Origin: Lytechinus pictus
Taxonomy: Eukaryota
NCBI RefSeq assembly: GCF_037042905.1
Contig: NC_087251.1
Span: 42,410,001 to 42,474,000, forward strand
Length of the DNA: 64,000 nucleotides
Direction of reading: 5' to 3'
Positions 48,460 to 62,251 of the stretch are shown here, in pieces. Each line of letters starts with the position of its first letter. Positions within the stretch are counted from its first letter, which is position 1. The translations under genes and the position numbers were made by a program. The notes under the pieces are model-generated. The model was not told where the DNA came from and made no database searches. It saw only the letters and a program-made list of their open reading frames with translations.

Positions 48460-51400
48460 ATGTCGAGGGCTACCAAGTCAGCCAAAGCAGCCAAAGATAC
48501 AGCAAAGAAAGTCAACCTTGGAAATGTGATCAGGACGTATATCAGAGCAGGACAAGCTGCCCCAGGTCCTCCACTTGGTCCTGTGTTAGGACAGGTAATG
48601 GGATTCAACAAAAAAAGGAAGTTGCCCAACATAACGGCACATGACTTTTGAAAACTCTGAAAACATCTCCCAGTAAACAATAGTTTATGATGATCAATAT
48701 TTTCCTGATCTTGTTTTAAGTGTATTATATCAAGAAGTCAGTTTCGCTAATTTCTAAAATGGGACATTTTCCAGGAAAGGACAGGCAGTCACAGGCTACA
48801 TATGTTTTGGGGCAAAAAAAGGGGGGGGGGGGAAGCAACTTCTGAGCACCCAAAGTTATTGTGTGCCTTATTTGATCAGCTCTAACTCTAAGGTATTTGT
48901 GCCCCCCCCCCCTCCAGGACAGCGTGTACGCTTTTTGGGAGAGTACTTCTTCAAGGTTCAAGGCTCTAAAATTGATGTTCTTACATTGAAGAAACTACTG
49001 TTTTTAAGGCCACAAAGTCTTGAACCATCGGTATTTCACATGATAATTATACAGTATATGAAGCTCTTCTAAGATTTTGATACTTTTGTTTTTAAGTACA
49101 TGTAGAATTGCAGAAAATGTTATCAAGGAATAATACTAAAAGTAATTTCTAAAATAATTTTTGCAATGATATATTAAAGATATATCATCAACTCTGTTCT
49201 AATTGAAAATTATGCTCAACAATGTGTCATGTACTAGTTTTGTAATATTCAATTATATCTTTTCTGTCTTTTTTCTATCTTGTCATTTCTCTCTTTCTCC
49301 CCTTACCCCCGCCTCCCTTACATGTACCTCTCTCTGTATTTCTATATTTTGTCTATTTGTGCAGAGAGGAGTTGCTATTGGCCAGTTCTGCAAAGACTTC
49401 AATGAGAAGACAAAACACATCAAAGATGGGATTCCCCTCCCATCAAAAATCCACATCAATGTGAGTATCACTTCCCATGATAATTTAAGCCGTTTACATT
49501 CCCCTGTAATTTCTTTTCAACTAAAGTTGTTCATGTTGGCTTGTATTTTCTCCTCCACTGAGTAATACTATTAAAGAAACCAATTTATTTCATTATTTAA
49601 CCCTTATTAAACTGGGGGGTCAATTTGACCCCCCCTCGACAAATTTCGTCACTACGCTATTGCGCGAAACGTTTTGACCGTGCCGCTCGCGACTTTTTAC
49701 TTTCAAGTCTTTTGCATCTTTTGAGACCAAATTTGCGACGCCCAGATATGCGGTTTCGAAATGATGCAACATTTTGTAAGTGAATGTCAGACAAAAAATT
49801 GCTCAAAAACGTGATTCCGTGTACAAAGTCAATGCAAATTGTGCTTTTCAACCAAAAATCATAAATGTATGATTATTTTTACTTTTGTTGGTTTAAATTG
49901 ATTGATTTTATGCTATTTATTATCGCAATAGGGTCCCCGACAAAGTTCATCGAAAAAAACAATAAAAAACAAGGATTAAAACAAAGAAATACATAAGAAT
50001 AAAAAAAATAAAATACATAAGAAATTGATTATATTTTTGCAATTTTTTTGTAGATATTTGTTAGAATGGATACTCTCACCAAAAAATAGCATTCTACTAG
50101 CTATATAAATTGAGTTAAAGGCAAAAACATGCACACACAAAAATTAGGGCAAATTTCATATGCTTATTTGCATACCGGTAATTAATTAATAAAAAGATAT
50201 AAACAATTGATTTTTGAAAATTTTACTACACAGTCTTGTAGTTTACATCTGGCTCTATGCGTGTGCAAATTTTAGCAGCGATTGCACGATCAGCGGCAGA
50301 GATCTGAGGGGGGGGGGGAGTCAAATTGACCCCCCTTATATCCTGGTCTGAAATAGCCCAGTTAAAATAGGGTTAAACAGATAATGAAATTCAAATATTT
50401 TCATGTACATAGAAGTATCTTTAGTTGACAATTGAATGATAATCTCACATGATTAGTAACAATTCAATAATTCCTTTGAATAGTAATGCATTATGATCTT
50501 ACTATTTAAAATGAATCTTTCCTGTATATTGTGAACAACCAGTAATATCTTGGAATTTGCAAGTTAGATTTGGCATCATTAGACCTTTTTCTGTATATCG
50601 TGAACAGCCAATAACATCTTCAAATTTAAGAATTAGATTTAGATTAGATTAGCTCTTAGATTAAAATATGAATTCTTAATAGGAATAAAAGTTGTACGTA
50701 TGTATAATATTTGGGGAGTTTGATGTGTTCTCGTACTGATTTGGTAAATTTTCTACCTTTTTCTTCTTACTCTTCTCACTTAGCCTGATAGAACGTATTC
50801 CATTTCTTTCAATACACCACCGGTTTCATACTTTCTGAAGCAAGCAGCGGGTATGAGGAAAGGAGCATATCAACCCGGTAATAATCTACTCTTGTTTCCT
50901 TTCTATGAATATGATGATTAAATAAAATGAATACCGGTAATAATATACTAGTATCATTATTGTTTTTTGTTTTTTAATATTTAGAAGCACATGGTTACAT
51001 GAACAATCGGTTCAAAGAAAAATAGAAAAAAAAATAGAACTAGATTTTAATTCGTCATGCGGACGAATTAGGTGGTCTGTCGTATAGATAGATAAACAGG
51101 AAAAAAATATTTAAACAGATATTAGATTGAAAAATAGATAGACAAACAGATTTACATAATCAAACAGATACATACAAGAAAGATAATTATATTAGATGGA
51201 TGGAGTGATGGATGGAGAGATAAATTATAGGTGGTTATATTAATAAAACATAGACATATATAGATAGATATAGAGAGACAGACATATAGATAGAGAGACA
51301 GACATATAGATAGATAGAGAGACAGACTTATAGATAGAGAGATAAATTGATAGATATATAGATATATAGATAGATAGAGAGATGATTGGTGGTTATATTA

Positions 51401-54400
51401 ATAAAACATATATAAACATATAGATAGAAAGAGAGACAGACAGATAGATAGATAGATAGACAGATAGATAGACAGACATATATATAGATAGAGAGACAGA
51501 CATATCATGAAGCTATTACGAGCTATCTCGTAATAGCTTCATGCTGCGTGGTCCTATCGCGTTATGTAAGCGGGCTCTAACTTTCGCCTGGCGGCTCGCC
51601 AATTGATGTTAGATATCGTTCCTTCGCCCGAAGGAAGCGATAACAAAGGATTAAGAGAGAAATTGGAAGATGGTTCTCCTTCTCGTGATAGCTTCATGGA
51701 TAGATAGACAGACATATAGATAGACAAACATATAGATAGACAGAGAGACAGAAATATAGATGAATAGAGAGACAGACATATAGATAGATAGATAGATAGA
51801 TAGACAGATAGATAGATAGATAGAGAGACAGACAGACAGATAGATAGATAGATATATAGATAGATAGATAGATAGAGACAGGCAGATGGATGGATAGATA
51901 GATAGACATATCTAAACAGATAGATACATATATATTAGACAGAGAGAGAGAGAGAGAGAGATAAACAGACAGATAGATATACAATGTAGGTAGATAGACA
52001 GACAGACATATGGATAGATAGAGAGAGAGGGACGTATTCAAACAGAAAGATATATATTAGACAGAGAGATAGATATGTCATGTAGGTAGATAGACAGACA
52101 GATAAATAGATATGATATAAAAAAGTAATTATAATCTGTTTTATTTTGCAATATTTTAGCTATTATTTGTTAGAATTCTTATAATTGATCGTGGGCAAGA
52201 TAGCTAAAAAAAAAAAAAAAAAAAAAAAAATCATGTTCACCCGCGGACTCGAACCCCTGCCTGCATGATGGAATGAGAAGTAAGTCTGACGCCTAACCGA
52301 TTGAGCTAGAATATTTCCCATAGACTTAACACGTAAGCAAAACACCAGAATCTCAAATCCAATCTTGCAAGTGAATTACGGGCATGATCCCGACATCTGA
52401 TCGGAAAATGAAGGAATGCAACCGAAAGCTTAGAATCTCAGCTACAACATACTAAAAGCTCAGGGATAACTAGCAACAAAAATTGGAGATATGGCTTACG
52501 AAATAGAAGAATGTAGAATCTAGTTTTGAGAAAAAGTCATGTCCCATAGAGATTACACGCAAAATGAGTAAAAATGACATGCCATTATTATTTGCAATTT
52601 TTGAGGATGATTTGTCTATCAAAATGAAAAATAAAGGCAATAACTCAGAAAGAGTAAGAACTAAGCTACAACATATCAAAAATTGGGTGAAAATTGACCA
52701 ATATTCACGGAGTTAGAGCAAGATTTGCATAATTATAATGACGTCATAATAGGCAAAATGGATTTTTTGAATTCCGACGCCATTTTGATGACGTCATAAT
52801 ATAATTGAAGGTCAAATGAGACATGAAATTATATCTCTAGTTCATACTCTATCAAAATATGAAAAAAAAATTGGGGGTCCCCATGCGTTCTGAAGAGCTA
52901 CAGCGGATTTTCTATAGGCATGTTTTTGCCCATATATGGCCTATAGTGAGAGCTCGCGCGCACACGTGCTGCAAACTTTAACGGGTGTTAATTTCCTTAT
53001 TAATGGTCGTAGAAGGTTGATCAAGGTATCAAATTGCTCAAAATTATATGATCAATGCAATGAAATAAAAAAAAACGGTGTTTCTGAGTTGCATTGAGGC
53101 GTTACGCGCGGAAACGCGCGCGCATACGTTTGCGCGCGCAATTTTTTGAAATGCTTAAAATGACCTAAAACGTACTCTGTTTTGGTCAAAAAGTGATTTT
53201 TAGCATTTTAAAATTTTGACGCGCGCGTACGCGCGCGTCGTGACCTTCAGGTGACCTTTGATGACATGACCTGATGACCCTTGATCTGAAGTTTATGTCA
53301 TGTGAATTTGATTTATTTTTGATAATTGATAATGGAGATATGATTGATAATGTGATTTTACAAAATGGCGTCTAGATGACGTCATGATGACGTCATGACA
53401 TTAAGATTCTTGCAGAATTGAGGTCTTATTGATGTTGATATGTGGTGATATTTTGATGATTATTGAATATGAACTTTCTGAGATTTGCTGTCCACAAGAA
53501 ATGGAGGAAATAAAAATAAGAAATAAATAATAAAGAAAGAAAATTCGGACAAACATAAGAGGTGATCTGTCATAGACAGACCACCTAATAAGGAGATTAC
53601 TGAGGAAGAAGGTATTAAAGTTTGTAATGAAGGTGAGAATACTGGATTAATGAATACTGTAACACACATTTCATGGCCAGCCATACTGTGTATGATACAG
53701 TACAACTATTCTTATATGTACATGCCAAAGTCGTAAGTTAAACTGTTTTAATGCAATAAAATGTATGAAAGCTCCAAGAGAGCCTTACCCATCAGGGGCC
53801 GCGGAAGCGGGGGGGCTGGGGGGGCTTCAGCCCCCCCACTTTTTTCTAAAACCATGTACAAAAACGCAAAAATGACCATACGATTGTGATTTTTTGCATG
53901 GTCAGCCCCCACTTTTGGCTCAGCCCCCCCCACTTTGAAAACCGTTCCACGTCTTCTGCCCATGAACCACCCCATTTAAACGCCAGACTATCTGTATGTA
54001 TATTTCCATGCTTATTTAGTAATCTTTGTATGTGGTTACTAGATGAAGATTTGGATTCCCATCCTGTGCTCATTCAGTGCACATTATACATTTTCATGCT
54101 GAGGTGATATCTGAAATATGGCATGTACAAGAGAGGGATAAACTGGGCCAATTGGGATGAAAACTATTAAAGAGAGATTGCAGTCGACCCTTTTTACCCC
54201 CCCGTCAGTATGACATAGTAAATTCATATATTTTAACTATTCCTTATGTTTCTGGTTTCACCATGTCAAAGGTCATCAAGAGTTTGGAGTGGTCTCGCTG
54301 AAGCACATCTACGAGATTGCCCAGATTAAGAGTGGAGACAAGACCATGGAAGGTCTTCCTATGGACCACATATGCAAGATGACCATAGGCACGGCACATT

Positions 54401-54525
54401 CCATCGGCATCAAGGTGGTCCCTCGCCTGGACGAAGATGAGATGTCAAGTTACATGGATGACGTTGCGCAACGACGTCTTGCTGTAGAGGAAGAGATGGA
54501 AGAAGCCAAGGCTTCTGCCAAGTGA
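48460..54525 (+). CDS. MRPL11: Mitochondrial ribosomal protein L11 (uL11m), 4 coding exons, 192 aa
   Basis: Exons 48460-48594, 49365-49460, 50784-50877 and 54272-54525 (579 nt): [48 protein letters not shown]...[23 protein letters not shown]...[15 protein letters not shown]...[12 protein letters not shown]. An acceptor-like ttgtttccag at about 48400 suggests an upstream non-coding exon. Confidence 0.95.
49601..50372. mobile_element. piggyBac-like MITE (772 bp) in MRPL11 intron 2
   Basis: TTAA TSD with CCC...GGG ends (cccttattaaactggg / cccagttaaaataggg). A related partial end lies at about 22980-23100. Confidence 0.8.
51082..52115. repeat. Degenerate (GATA/GACA/GA)n microsatellite tract
   Basis: About 1 kb of gata/gaca/gaga units, seen directly. 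Confidence 0.9.
51506..51698. mobile_element. 193-bp inverted-repeat-bounded insertion inside a GATA microsatellite
   Basis: The left end is a perfect 17-bp hairpin, catgaagctattacgag-ctat-ctcgtaatagcttcatg. The right end is ctcgtgatagcttcatg. The element is GC-richer than the GATA tract it interrupts. Confidence 0.6.
52206..52316 (-). ncRNA. tRNA-derived Pol III-like cassette (A box, B box, T-run); not a canonical tRNA
   Basis: A box TAGCTCAATCGG (52308-52297), B box GGTTCGAGTCC (52255-52245), then a 25-nt T run on the minus strand. No convincing acceptor or anticodon stem. Confidence 0.5.
53793..53958. mobile_element. Short GC-rich MITE with 5-bp TSD
   Basis: caggggccgcggaa...ttccacgtcttctg flanked by cccat on both sides. 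Confidence 0.6.
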
Positions 54526-57500
54526 GGATTTTAAGAGCGAAGGAATCAGATACAGATTATTTAAGAGGAATATTATATGATGTGGAGCAATATGTGGAAT
54601 CGCTAGCCTGCCATTCTTTGAGGTGATATCACCTATATTGTGACTAGAAACTGGTGCAGATTATTAAAGAGGAAACCTTTGTGGTGTGGAGCAATATGGA
54701 ATCATGAGCCATCGATACTGAGAGGTGAAATCACCTATATTATATTATGCATAGATATGGAACCTGTGATGAAACTCCTTCAACTTCCACTTTGGTAGTA
54801 GTCTGGCAATGAAGACAAAACTGGTGGGAATAAGGTGATTAGGGCATTTTATTGGCCATTTTATCGGCCACGTACGAGCAAGAATTGTAACCATTTTATA
54901 AACCTGCTGAATCGGGGTTTTATTGGTGTAGAAGAGGAAGCCAGCATGGTTTCGGAAGCTTTCGGGACCTTCTGCAATAATTTTATCTGGGGGTGTTGCA
55001 AAAAGGATTGCTTGGTGTCCTACCTGCAGTAGTTGCAATCGGTCACATGACTCTTGAGGAATCGGCCATTTTGACCTGTGCAGGCCTTACTTACAATAGA
55101 GAATGGGGATATATCATGAATATTTTATAAAACAAAATTTACACCATATTTCCAGTACTTCAGTGTTCATGCCTGTTTATTTTATAATGCTGAACCTGAC
55201 AAAAAAATTAGTAAAAATAAATCGCCTAATCGTCCATTACCAACTCGTCTATGACCATTTCGGCTCATAACCAGTTGGTCTAATGCCCACTTTCTTTTCA
55301 TTTATTTCGCCCAATTAACATTTCATGCATTAGAAGATTAGACCAAATAGTATATGGACTAAATGGCTATTGGACCAACTGGTTATTAGACAAAATGGTG
55401 AGTGGACAAAATGGCAATTAGACCATGTGGATAGTAGACGAACTGAGGGTAGACCAAATGATAGTAGATGAGTTGGCAATTGACGAATTGGCATGTTATT
55501 AGACAAATTAGAAATAAACTGATTCTTTGACCTCTAATATTTATCTGTGTATTAAGTGGGAGACATTGTTGAGTTTATATAACAGACCATAATGTATCAA
55601 GTTATTTACTTTGCTACAAATTGAAATAAGGAAAGTCATGATTATGTATACACATTCTTAGGAATTCTGTGGAACAATCTATACTGGGCATGTTTTGGTT
55701 GAGTTTTCAAGATATACCAAGGCCTGTATCACAAATGATCAATTCACAATTAAAGATTAATTGTAATTTTATGGAAAACAACCATGTACAAAAAATAATA
55801 AGTTTAAATATCGATTAGACATGTATTTTCTGATGTCACATCCCTGGTTCCTTTTTTTTTCTTCTCCCATTTTCATTTTTTAGTCACTTTTAGTGCATTG
55901 TCATTCATCTGAACGTGACTCTAAACTTCAATGCTGCCCTCATGAGGTTGCAAATAGCCAATGTGCAATTGCATAAAAATGTGATCTTGTTTCATGTTCA
56001 TAATTATGGGTAGTGAAATTTGGAGTGAATATAGCCAACTCTTTTCATGTACTGTTTTTAAATGAAAATGCAAAAAAGTATTGTGAGAAAAAAAGGAAAA
56101 GACTCTCTCTCCTGTCTCTGATATACAATTTAAGTGTGTAATATAATGGCCTTCCCTGTCTAAATAAAAATACCGGTATTACAATATGATTTAATTATCT
56201 ATGACATTGTGGAAATCATAATTGCACAGGAGTGTATAGTTTTCTGTTTCCACACTTACTGATGAAACTTTTCAAATTTTATTGGCATTTCAATCCCTGT
56301 TGAGGTACTGACAGGTTCAGAATCTTTGGCCCGAATTCAATTTGAAGAGTGGACTCGGCATGCTTAACCATGGCAACAGGCGTCCATTTTGCGCACTGAC
56401 AAAAGCGCACTTAAGCATTGGACATTTTTTTATATACGTGGTAAATGAAGCTTAATTTATACAGGAAATCTGCATAAACGGTGGGTTTTAACCGATGGTT
56501 TTCAGAACTATCTTTGTGAGTTCGGGACTTTAGGTCTTTTAAGACCTAAAAATAATATGTGCACATTCCCTTAATAGGGAATGTGCATAATACGCATATC
56601 TTTACCTTAATATGCCATGGTAATGTGTATTTATATAGGTGTCAAAGCTCGTTTTGCCCCCAACCCGTGCATTGGAATGCATAATTTGCTCTATTGCATG
56701 GCAGAAAATAGTAATATCTAATTCATGCTGTGATTTACATGTTCCTCCGCTGTGATAATCCCCCAGCTACATATGCATGTATTGACTTTTGCCTCACATC
56801 GAAAGGATGGCTCTGAATACCATAGCTACAAAGAAATAGGAAATAAACGGCATCAGAAGCTGGAGGGGCATCAATTGGAATATTTCCATTTCTGTGCTGG
56901 AATAATGAAATTGAGGTTCGTGTTTTGCAGATGTGTTAGCCTTGCACAACTTACTTGCTATAGTATTTGCATAATTGTGCAGTTAGGCAGATTGGAAACT
57001 ATTATTCCGCCCGAGTGGGCCTCCCCAGCAAGAAGAGAGATCCTTTAGCATTGGTTTTTTTTTTCTTTCTTTGTTGCATACAGATGTCTGTAGAATTCTA
57101 ATCCCACCATTGTGGAATATTTTTAGACTTCAAGGCAGGGAAAGAACAGTTACCAAGCTTCAAATTGAGTTTCTGTATTCATAATAATAATAAAATATTT
57201 TATGTAACCAAAATCAATTTCCTCTTCTGCTGTGAAGTGTATATTATTTCACGTTGTTGTGAGGATGGTGAGTGGTTCCTGGGGAATTGGTTTAGGGGCC
57301 TTCCCTCCCTCTGATATAATTTCCTTTTTTTTCTTTCCCCAAGGGTCCAGTTTACCCAACTATTCGAGAAAAGGGCACCCTAAGATTTCAGAAAGGTCGG
57401 GTCCGGTTTACCCAATGTTTAGTAAAAATTATAGCCAAATTCTTCAATGGTCAGTAAAACTGGACTGGACGTTTCAGAAATTTAGTTGGCCCATTTCTCG

Positions 57501-60500
57501 AATGGTCGGGTCTCTATCCCCACTAGGTTTATTCAAAATTTTTCTACCAAGACCTAAAACAATTGGAATGACAACTGATTAAGTGCATTAGTTATTTATT
57601 GCCGCAATTTGTTACATCATAATGGAGACACATCATTGATTTCCCTTGAGAATTTAGTTACTCTTGTGGATATTTTTACATGCCATATTTATGACAATGA
57701 TTAATACATCTAAAACATATTATTTCACCTGCTGGCTTTATCAAATGTTTCCTTGAAAAGAGAGACAGTCCTTATCCGAAAGCCAGTCCCCTCAATTTTG
57801 TTTTACCTTATTACACCGATGTATATGCCAATATGGTGATAATAAGCAATCTGAACAATGGATTGGTAACGAAGGAATGTTATCAGCTGACGACAGATAA
57901 AGCACATCTATATTTCAAGACCCCTAAAATAAGTTCTCGCCCTGATTCCGTTCAGAAGATGTAGGATTAGGGTTAAAGGCAGTGGGAATTGGTGTGAAAT
58001 ATATCGGTGATTATCATGCAACATTCCAGTACAACTGTATTACAACAGTGTGTACTGAGGATTATTTTATTTTCCATTGAACGATTCTTCTTAATACTGG
58101 TATTAAATTAGAATTTGACCGCTATAGGACTTGGTGCCCTCTCTCGACAATATATTCGTAAGGCCCTTGGATCACGATTAAAATCTAAAATAATAATAAT
58201 AAAAAAGTTAATCGTATCAATCTAATTATTGTTTATCAGAAGGCTATCTTCTTCGCCTTCATAATAATCACTCTCAAGGATTCTTGTAGGGACAGTGCGC
58301 CACATGGGGGGGGGGGGGCGACCGCCCTCCCTATGATTTTTCAAAAAAAGGGGAGTGGGACATAAGAGAAAGGGGGAAAGGAGAACAAGAAAAAAAGAAG
58401 GAAAACGAGAACAAGGAAGAAAGAAGGAAAACGAAAAGAAAACGGAGAGGTCTGTGTTGTGCTGTTATTTAAGGTCGTATATTGCCCGCACCCCTTCCAA
58501 AATAACTTGGCGGCGCCCTTTTGCAGAAGGGAAAGTGATTTGTAATGCGAAATGCCGAGTTTCCTTAGTACAGTAATCTTGTCTGATTTTGTCACTGTCG
58601 ACTGTCCGCAGGGTTCCCGCGAAGGATGATTTGCCAAGCTGTACAATTCTGTTCTGGGGCCCGAATAATCATTAAGACTTGGGTTAAAAGCAGGGGCGGA
58701 AATCTCTCCCAAAAGGTAGGGAGGACAAGGGGCCGGAAAATTTGACAAGCAAAAAAGAAAAAAAAAAGTTATCACCCCAACATTAAAGTAAGGTCATCTC
58801 GTCCTAAAATACACGTTACATTTCGATTTTGAATGATGTATTTCTTACCATAATAAAATACCACAAATAGTAGGGGGACATTTGATATTGTGTCCCCCTA
58901 CTATTTTGAGTAGGGGGGACACGTCCCCCTGTCCGGCGCGTAGCCAGGGGGGCGGTGGGGGCGGTCGCCCCCCCAAAACGTCCCCAAAAAGAAAAAAAAA
59001 AGAAGGGAAAAAAGAGAGGAGAAAAGGAAAAGCGAAGGGAGGAAAGGGAAGAAAGGTAGCTTTTTTTTTTTTTTTGTATTCTTTCTTTTTTTTCTCAAAA
59101 AAGAAACTCCTTCACTCTTGCTCTAAATTTATATATATGAATTTTGCTTCCGCGCTGTGCGCGGTTAAATGACAATATTGCAGTTCTCCTTTGTTTCCCT
59201 CACCCTTTCTCTAACCCCCCTTTTCCACCTCAGCTATATGTGTTTCTTGCCAGTTCAAGTTCAAATGTATACATGATTGCATGGAATTAGAGTAAGGTTA
59301 GGCCGAAGTGTATGAAGTTCTCTTTTTTTTCAAATTGATCGCGAAACTTCTGGTCGGGTCGGCTCCGGGCTAGTAAAATCTTTATATCAATTTCTGCCGT
59401 CACCTCCATATAGGCAAATTCTCCCGCTTTTCAGCTCATTACTAAAAAAACATAATTTGGGGGCAAACAGGTTCCTAATTTAAAAAGAGGAAGGTATAAA
59501 ATTCGTGTCGTATTAAATAAAAAAGTACAATATTTTTTTTGGTATCAAATTCTATTTAACTTCATTTCATTTCCCTGCACATTCATTTCCTGACCTGTTT
59601 TGCGCCCTCAGTTTGAAATTTTGAATGACACTTAAGTTTCTTTATCATTCAAAATGAAGCGCTTCATGATAAGTCAACGAAATTATACATTATCCTTTTT
59701 TATATAATTTCAATAAATCACAGAAGTTTCAACTTTTTGCGCGATATTTTCCTTGTAATGAAGTTCCATAATCTTAGAAAATCAATTGAATTAGAGCCGA
59801 TGGGTATAGAGATATCTGCATTTGATGAAACGTCTGCCCTTTGAAATTTCAGAGTTTCGAATTGCTCTGCGTGGGGAGGAATATCTCCCTCCCGGCATAT
59901 ACCCTTCTGCTCTATTTTGCGAGTTAAAGATACTGTCTCTAAATTGTTTGTAATCAAATCTGATCTTTCAAAGGTAAGCATTCAATATGACTTAGAGAAT
60001 ACCCTTTTCTCAGGACCCTTTTCTTTGCAAAAAATAAATGATAAAACGCTTTAGCGGGGTAATTATTATTTCAATTTCCTCCATTTTATCCCTTGTTTGT
60101 GCGTTCACAATCACTTTTGAAAACAAGGTTCAAAATCACAATATAGTCAACTGAATTGGAGCTGATATAGGTACAAGAGATAAGAGAGACGGCTCCTTTT
60201 ATTTTAATTTATGAAACACCTAAAAGCTTCGCGCTTCATTAAAGATCGCAAGAAATTTTCATTGTTTGAAACCATTTTTCTCATCGCAAAATAATTTGAA
60301 CATAAGCTTTCGCAAACTGTTGTAAAACAGTGTTTTAAAGTTATTTTTTTCATTCGCCAATGCTGGCGACCACATCACTCCTTAAATCGACCCACTGATG
60401 AGAAAAATAAGTGCCTCGAATGTTTGTAAACATACTTTTGTTCGTTTCAAAACAAACGTTCCAAGAGTTTGCAAGACTTGTCAGAAAAGTTTAAGAATAA

Positions 60501-62215
60501 AAAATCGCAGTTCGTTTATCCCATCTCATTTCTCACTTCCCACTCTATCTTTCTTCAGCAAATGATTTCTCTCTTCTATTTTCTTTTAATATCAAAATGT
60601 CACGGTATACAATGACTTCGATACATTGTTAGAATGTAACATACACTAGTTTTAATCATTTGGTCAATCATCAATTTACTCGGTTCCTCTCTATCCTGAT
60701 AAATCAAAAGGCTGGCTCAATACCCGATGCCTTTAGCTATATCACCTTGAAGTTCACTCTTAAGGTTGTTACTAACAATAACTTCGTAAAATGCAATAGA
60801 CATGATAGACAACAATAACTTGTCATTGAAGTGAAATATTTATTGAAACAATTACAATTAAATATAAAACGCATAACTTTTAGAGAAAATATATTGATAT
60901 TTTGAGAAATGATTCAAAATACACATACATGTACAGAATATTTACAAACAATGAGGTTTGCGTAGACGGGAATGACTATGTGCAACACAGCAGTATAATA
61001 CACATTAAATGCTATAGTCGCCTAAGCATACATTTTACCTATCATAATTATATTCTTTACGAAAAAAAAATGAATTCACCCTATACATTGACTGAATACC
61101 GGGGGAACCCCCTTAAGTGGCACGCACCACAGTACACTTTCTGAAGACGGAGAAACCGTTATTTTGAAAGAGAAATTTAATATCAACGCAATGTTCATAA
61201 TACATGGGAATCGTTTCGTATTAAAACTTCGCCTTAATTACTCATGACTTTACATTGAGTATAATTATTCTTGTGCTACACAGCAGATTCTCAATAGGCC
61301 TAATTGGAATCCCATTGGCTGGCGTTGGAATGAACTCTGAGCTTCCATATATAGGAAACACGTGTTTCAATGCATTTTTTCATCTGTAAAAAAACGACGA
61401 GGAATGTATAAATTAGGGGTCAGTCCATTTACCATGTTAAGAAACTTTCAAGGAAAATTGTCCGGTAAATGACCAGCACATGCATAAACAGGCACCAGTT
61501 GTTCGTAACTCATTAATACCTAGAATCCCCGGCTTCAACCTTGGATATAAAATAACCCCTATGCTGACACGAATATATTTTGCAGATTTGCATGAAAAAC
61601 ATGATACAATTTCTCTTTATTTTTAAATCTTTCGTCAAATTCAGGAGTAAAAAAGGCGCACAAACTCGAAACTGGTGATCTTCTGCTAGCCCAACGTTAG
61701 ATTTTCATCATCGGAAAGAGGAGATTTGAAATGAAAATTATTGTATTAAATAAGACCCGACTGTGGTATTGAACGCGATGAATATGCTTTTGAAAGCATG
61801 AAGGGCTAACAGTGATCTATACAGAACGGTGAGTGTTATGACTGCACGAAAACCAATTATCAAACTCCACATTGAAGTACGACGTAACGATCAAAATAGT
61901 AAAAGTGACGAAATCAACATTTAAGAATAATCATTGAAAAATTGGATCGATCTACAGAGGCTTTGTCATTTCATTAAAAATAGATTTTTCATGATTTATC
62001 AGAAAGAGAACTGAGAAAACTGGTTGAAAATGAAAACCTTGAGAATGATTAATCACGCAAGCCGTGTTTAATTTTTACTAATTACAACGGCGCCATACTC
62101 GCATTCTTTTCCACTCTACCAATGACGTCATGGTAGAGTATTTCTATAGTTACCATGGTTATTCTTGATTGTCAACCACGCCATGAATTTACATCCGACC
62201 TTCAGCAGTTTCCGC

Positions 62216-62251
<36 letters not shown>

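Larger units (their letters stand above)
51040..53589 (-). mobile_element. Non-autonomous Helentron/Helitron2-like element (HINE/DINE-type), about 2.55 kb, in MRPL11 intron 3
   Basis: On the minus strand it starts with the palindromic subterminal repeat attAGGTGGTCTGTC-tat-GACAGATCACCT (53560-53589). It ends with the inverted copy GACAGACCACCTAAT (51067-51081), the hairpin TAATTCGTC-cgcat-GACGAATTA and a terminal CTAG followed by TT. It contains a (GATA/GACA)n tract and has no TSD. Confidence 0.75.

Noticed and set aside
51694..52041. 115-aa LSIY-repeat ORF
   Set aside because: Translation of the (GATA)n microsatellite.
52230..52316. Possible tRNA gene
   Set aside because: A and B boxes are present, but no acceptor stem or canonical anticodon arm can be folded. 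Kept only as a tRNA-derived cassette.
60390..60425. CTGATGA motifs here and elsewhere considered as hammerhead cores or C/D boxes
   Set aside because: No flanking stems, GAAA geometry or terminal stem could be found by eye.
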